From positions 5,549,557-5,598,645 of the forward strand of contig NC_068987.1 in the NCBI RefSeq assembly GCF_001194135.2: 49,089 nt of DNA, written 5' to 3'. A program made the translations under genes and the position numbers. Of this stretch, positions 47,875-49,089 are shown piece by piece (the first letter of the stretch is position 1; every line of letters begins with the position of its first letter). Below the pieces are notes generated by a model that was not told the DNA's origin, did no database searches, and was given only the letters and a program-made list of their open reading frames with translations. Source of the DNA: Octopus bimaculoides. Taxonomy: Eukaryota.

Positions 47875-48345
47875 TGTATAGGCATGGGGCGGTTAAGAAG
47901 CTCGATTTGCGACCTTGTGGTTTTGGGTTCGGTTCACTCAAACAGCGTTGTTCTTTGGGCAAGTGTCTTCTACTTAAAACCCTGGCTGACCAGTGCCTTG
48001 TGAATGAATTTGGTGCACGCAATATAGGAGTGGCTGTGTAGTTAGAAGCTTGCTCCCTAATCACGTGGTTCAGGGTTCAGTCCCACTGCGTGGCACTTTG
48101 GGCAAGTGTCTCCTACTATAACTTCGGGTCGACAAATGCCTTGTGAGTGAATTTGGTAGACGGAAATGTATACATGTATGTGTGTATCTTTGTGTCTTTG
48201 TTTGTCTTACCACAACATCGCTTGACAACCGATGTTGGTGTGTTTACGTCCCCGTTCGGGAGAAGAGACCGATAGAATAAGTACCAGGCGTACAAAGAAT
48301 AAGACCAGGGGTTGATTTCTTCGACTGAAACGCAGTGCTCCAGCA
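47875..48345 (+). mobile_element. SINE family A head fragment followed by a near full-length A copy
   Basis: Second copy starts ataggagtggctgtgtag at about 48023 and ends gtgctccagcat. Confidence 0.8.
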
Positions 48346-48619
48346 TATATATGTGTGTGAGTGTGTGTGTGTGGGTGTGTGTGTGTATGTGTGCGTGTGT
48401 GTGTGTGTGTGTGCGTGCGTGTGTGTGGGTGGGGTTGGGGTTGGTGGGGAAGTATTGAACTGGAAACAATTTTCAAAGTAACAAAAGCAAGATGTTTCTT
48501 TTAGTGTGAGGGTTACATACAAATTAATCTCGGCTGAGAAGTAGTGCTTAACTAAGTTAAGAGTCTGAGGGACTCTCTTGGCAAGAGATCAGCGTTACAT
48601 AATTCTCGATGATGCCAAA

Positions 48620-49040
48620 TTAATGGTTAAGACGTTTACAGCAATATATCATCAAGGCTACAATTCCCAAAGAATTCGCCGCAGTAGACGATGCTATTAC
48701 ATGCAGAATTCCAAACATACCAATAGATAGTCTCTTTTTCAATTTGAAGACTTCATTTTCTATAGGATCAGGCATTATCAGTTACAGGACTACATATCGA
48801 AGAAACCGCTTAAACCAAATTACAAAATATAGTCTATAAACATTGGACCCGAATCTGTAGCACAGTACATTAGACGCCATATTGCTTATAAACGTAAAGG
48901 AAATTTTGTTTTTACTCGCAAGATAAAGTTTTAAGAGCGATCTTATGGTGTTCTGTTATACAGAAAATGCATTTATTTAGAACCATTCTGAACCATTTAC
49001 TGATAACTTTCATCTTACGCAGCACCGAGTATTTTGCTAG
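48620..49040 (+). mobile_element. Helitron 3' end: degraded Pif1-like helicase C-terminus and CTAG terminus
   Basis: With frameshifts: KLMVK, QQYIIKATI, RIPNIPIDSLFFNLK, GLHIEE, QNIVYK, matching RL.VK...IEATI...RIP.IP..PF.FKR.QFP...GL.LEE...NIVY. The sequence ...gcaccgagtattttgCTAG ends at 49040 followed by T. Confidence 0.72.
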
Positions 49041-49089
49041 TGGGTGTATATATACATACATACATACATACATACATACATACATACGT

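Overview
This is eukaryotic, AT-rich, repeat-saturated DNA, most consistent with an octopus nuclear genome in a short-read assembly. The species call rests on my recognition of the SINE families plus a cytochrome b fragment that reads in the invertebrate mitochondrial code; no database search was run. There are 17 N-gaps (about 5.4 kb), most bordered by microsatellites. I found no intact host protein-coding gene, and nearly all supplied ORFs are translations of microsatellites or N-runs. Recognisable content: (i) three tRNA-headed SINE families, here labelled A, B and C; (ii) degraded remnants of RTE, L1/Tx1, R4/Dong, Penelope (GIY-YIG), mariner, hAT and Helitron elements; (iii) a cytochrome b NUMT; (iv) a 24/25-bp minisatellite and many simple repeats. 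The strongest observation is an R4/Dong-like retrotransposon at 16962-18830, split into two oppositely oriented halves that rejoin in frame at a shared ATT next to a (TAA)n tract. That is the geometry expected from twin priming, which is best known from mammalian L1. Also notable: hammerhead-ribozyme-like motifs in two copies of a repeat embedded in TA tracts, a block-deleted NUMT beside the truncated R4/Dong end, and consistently plus-strand, often paired SINE-B copies. I see no evidence for a wholly new gene system. Element boundaries are read by eye and approximate unless exact junctions are quoted.
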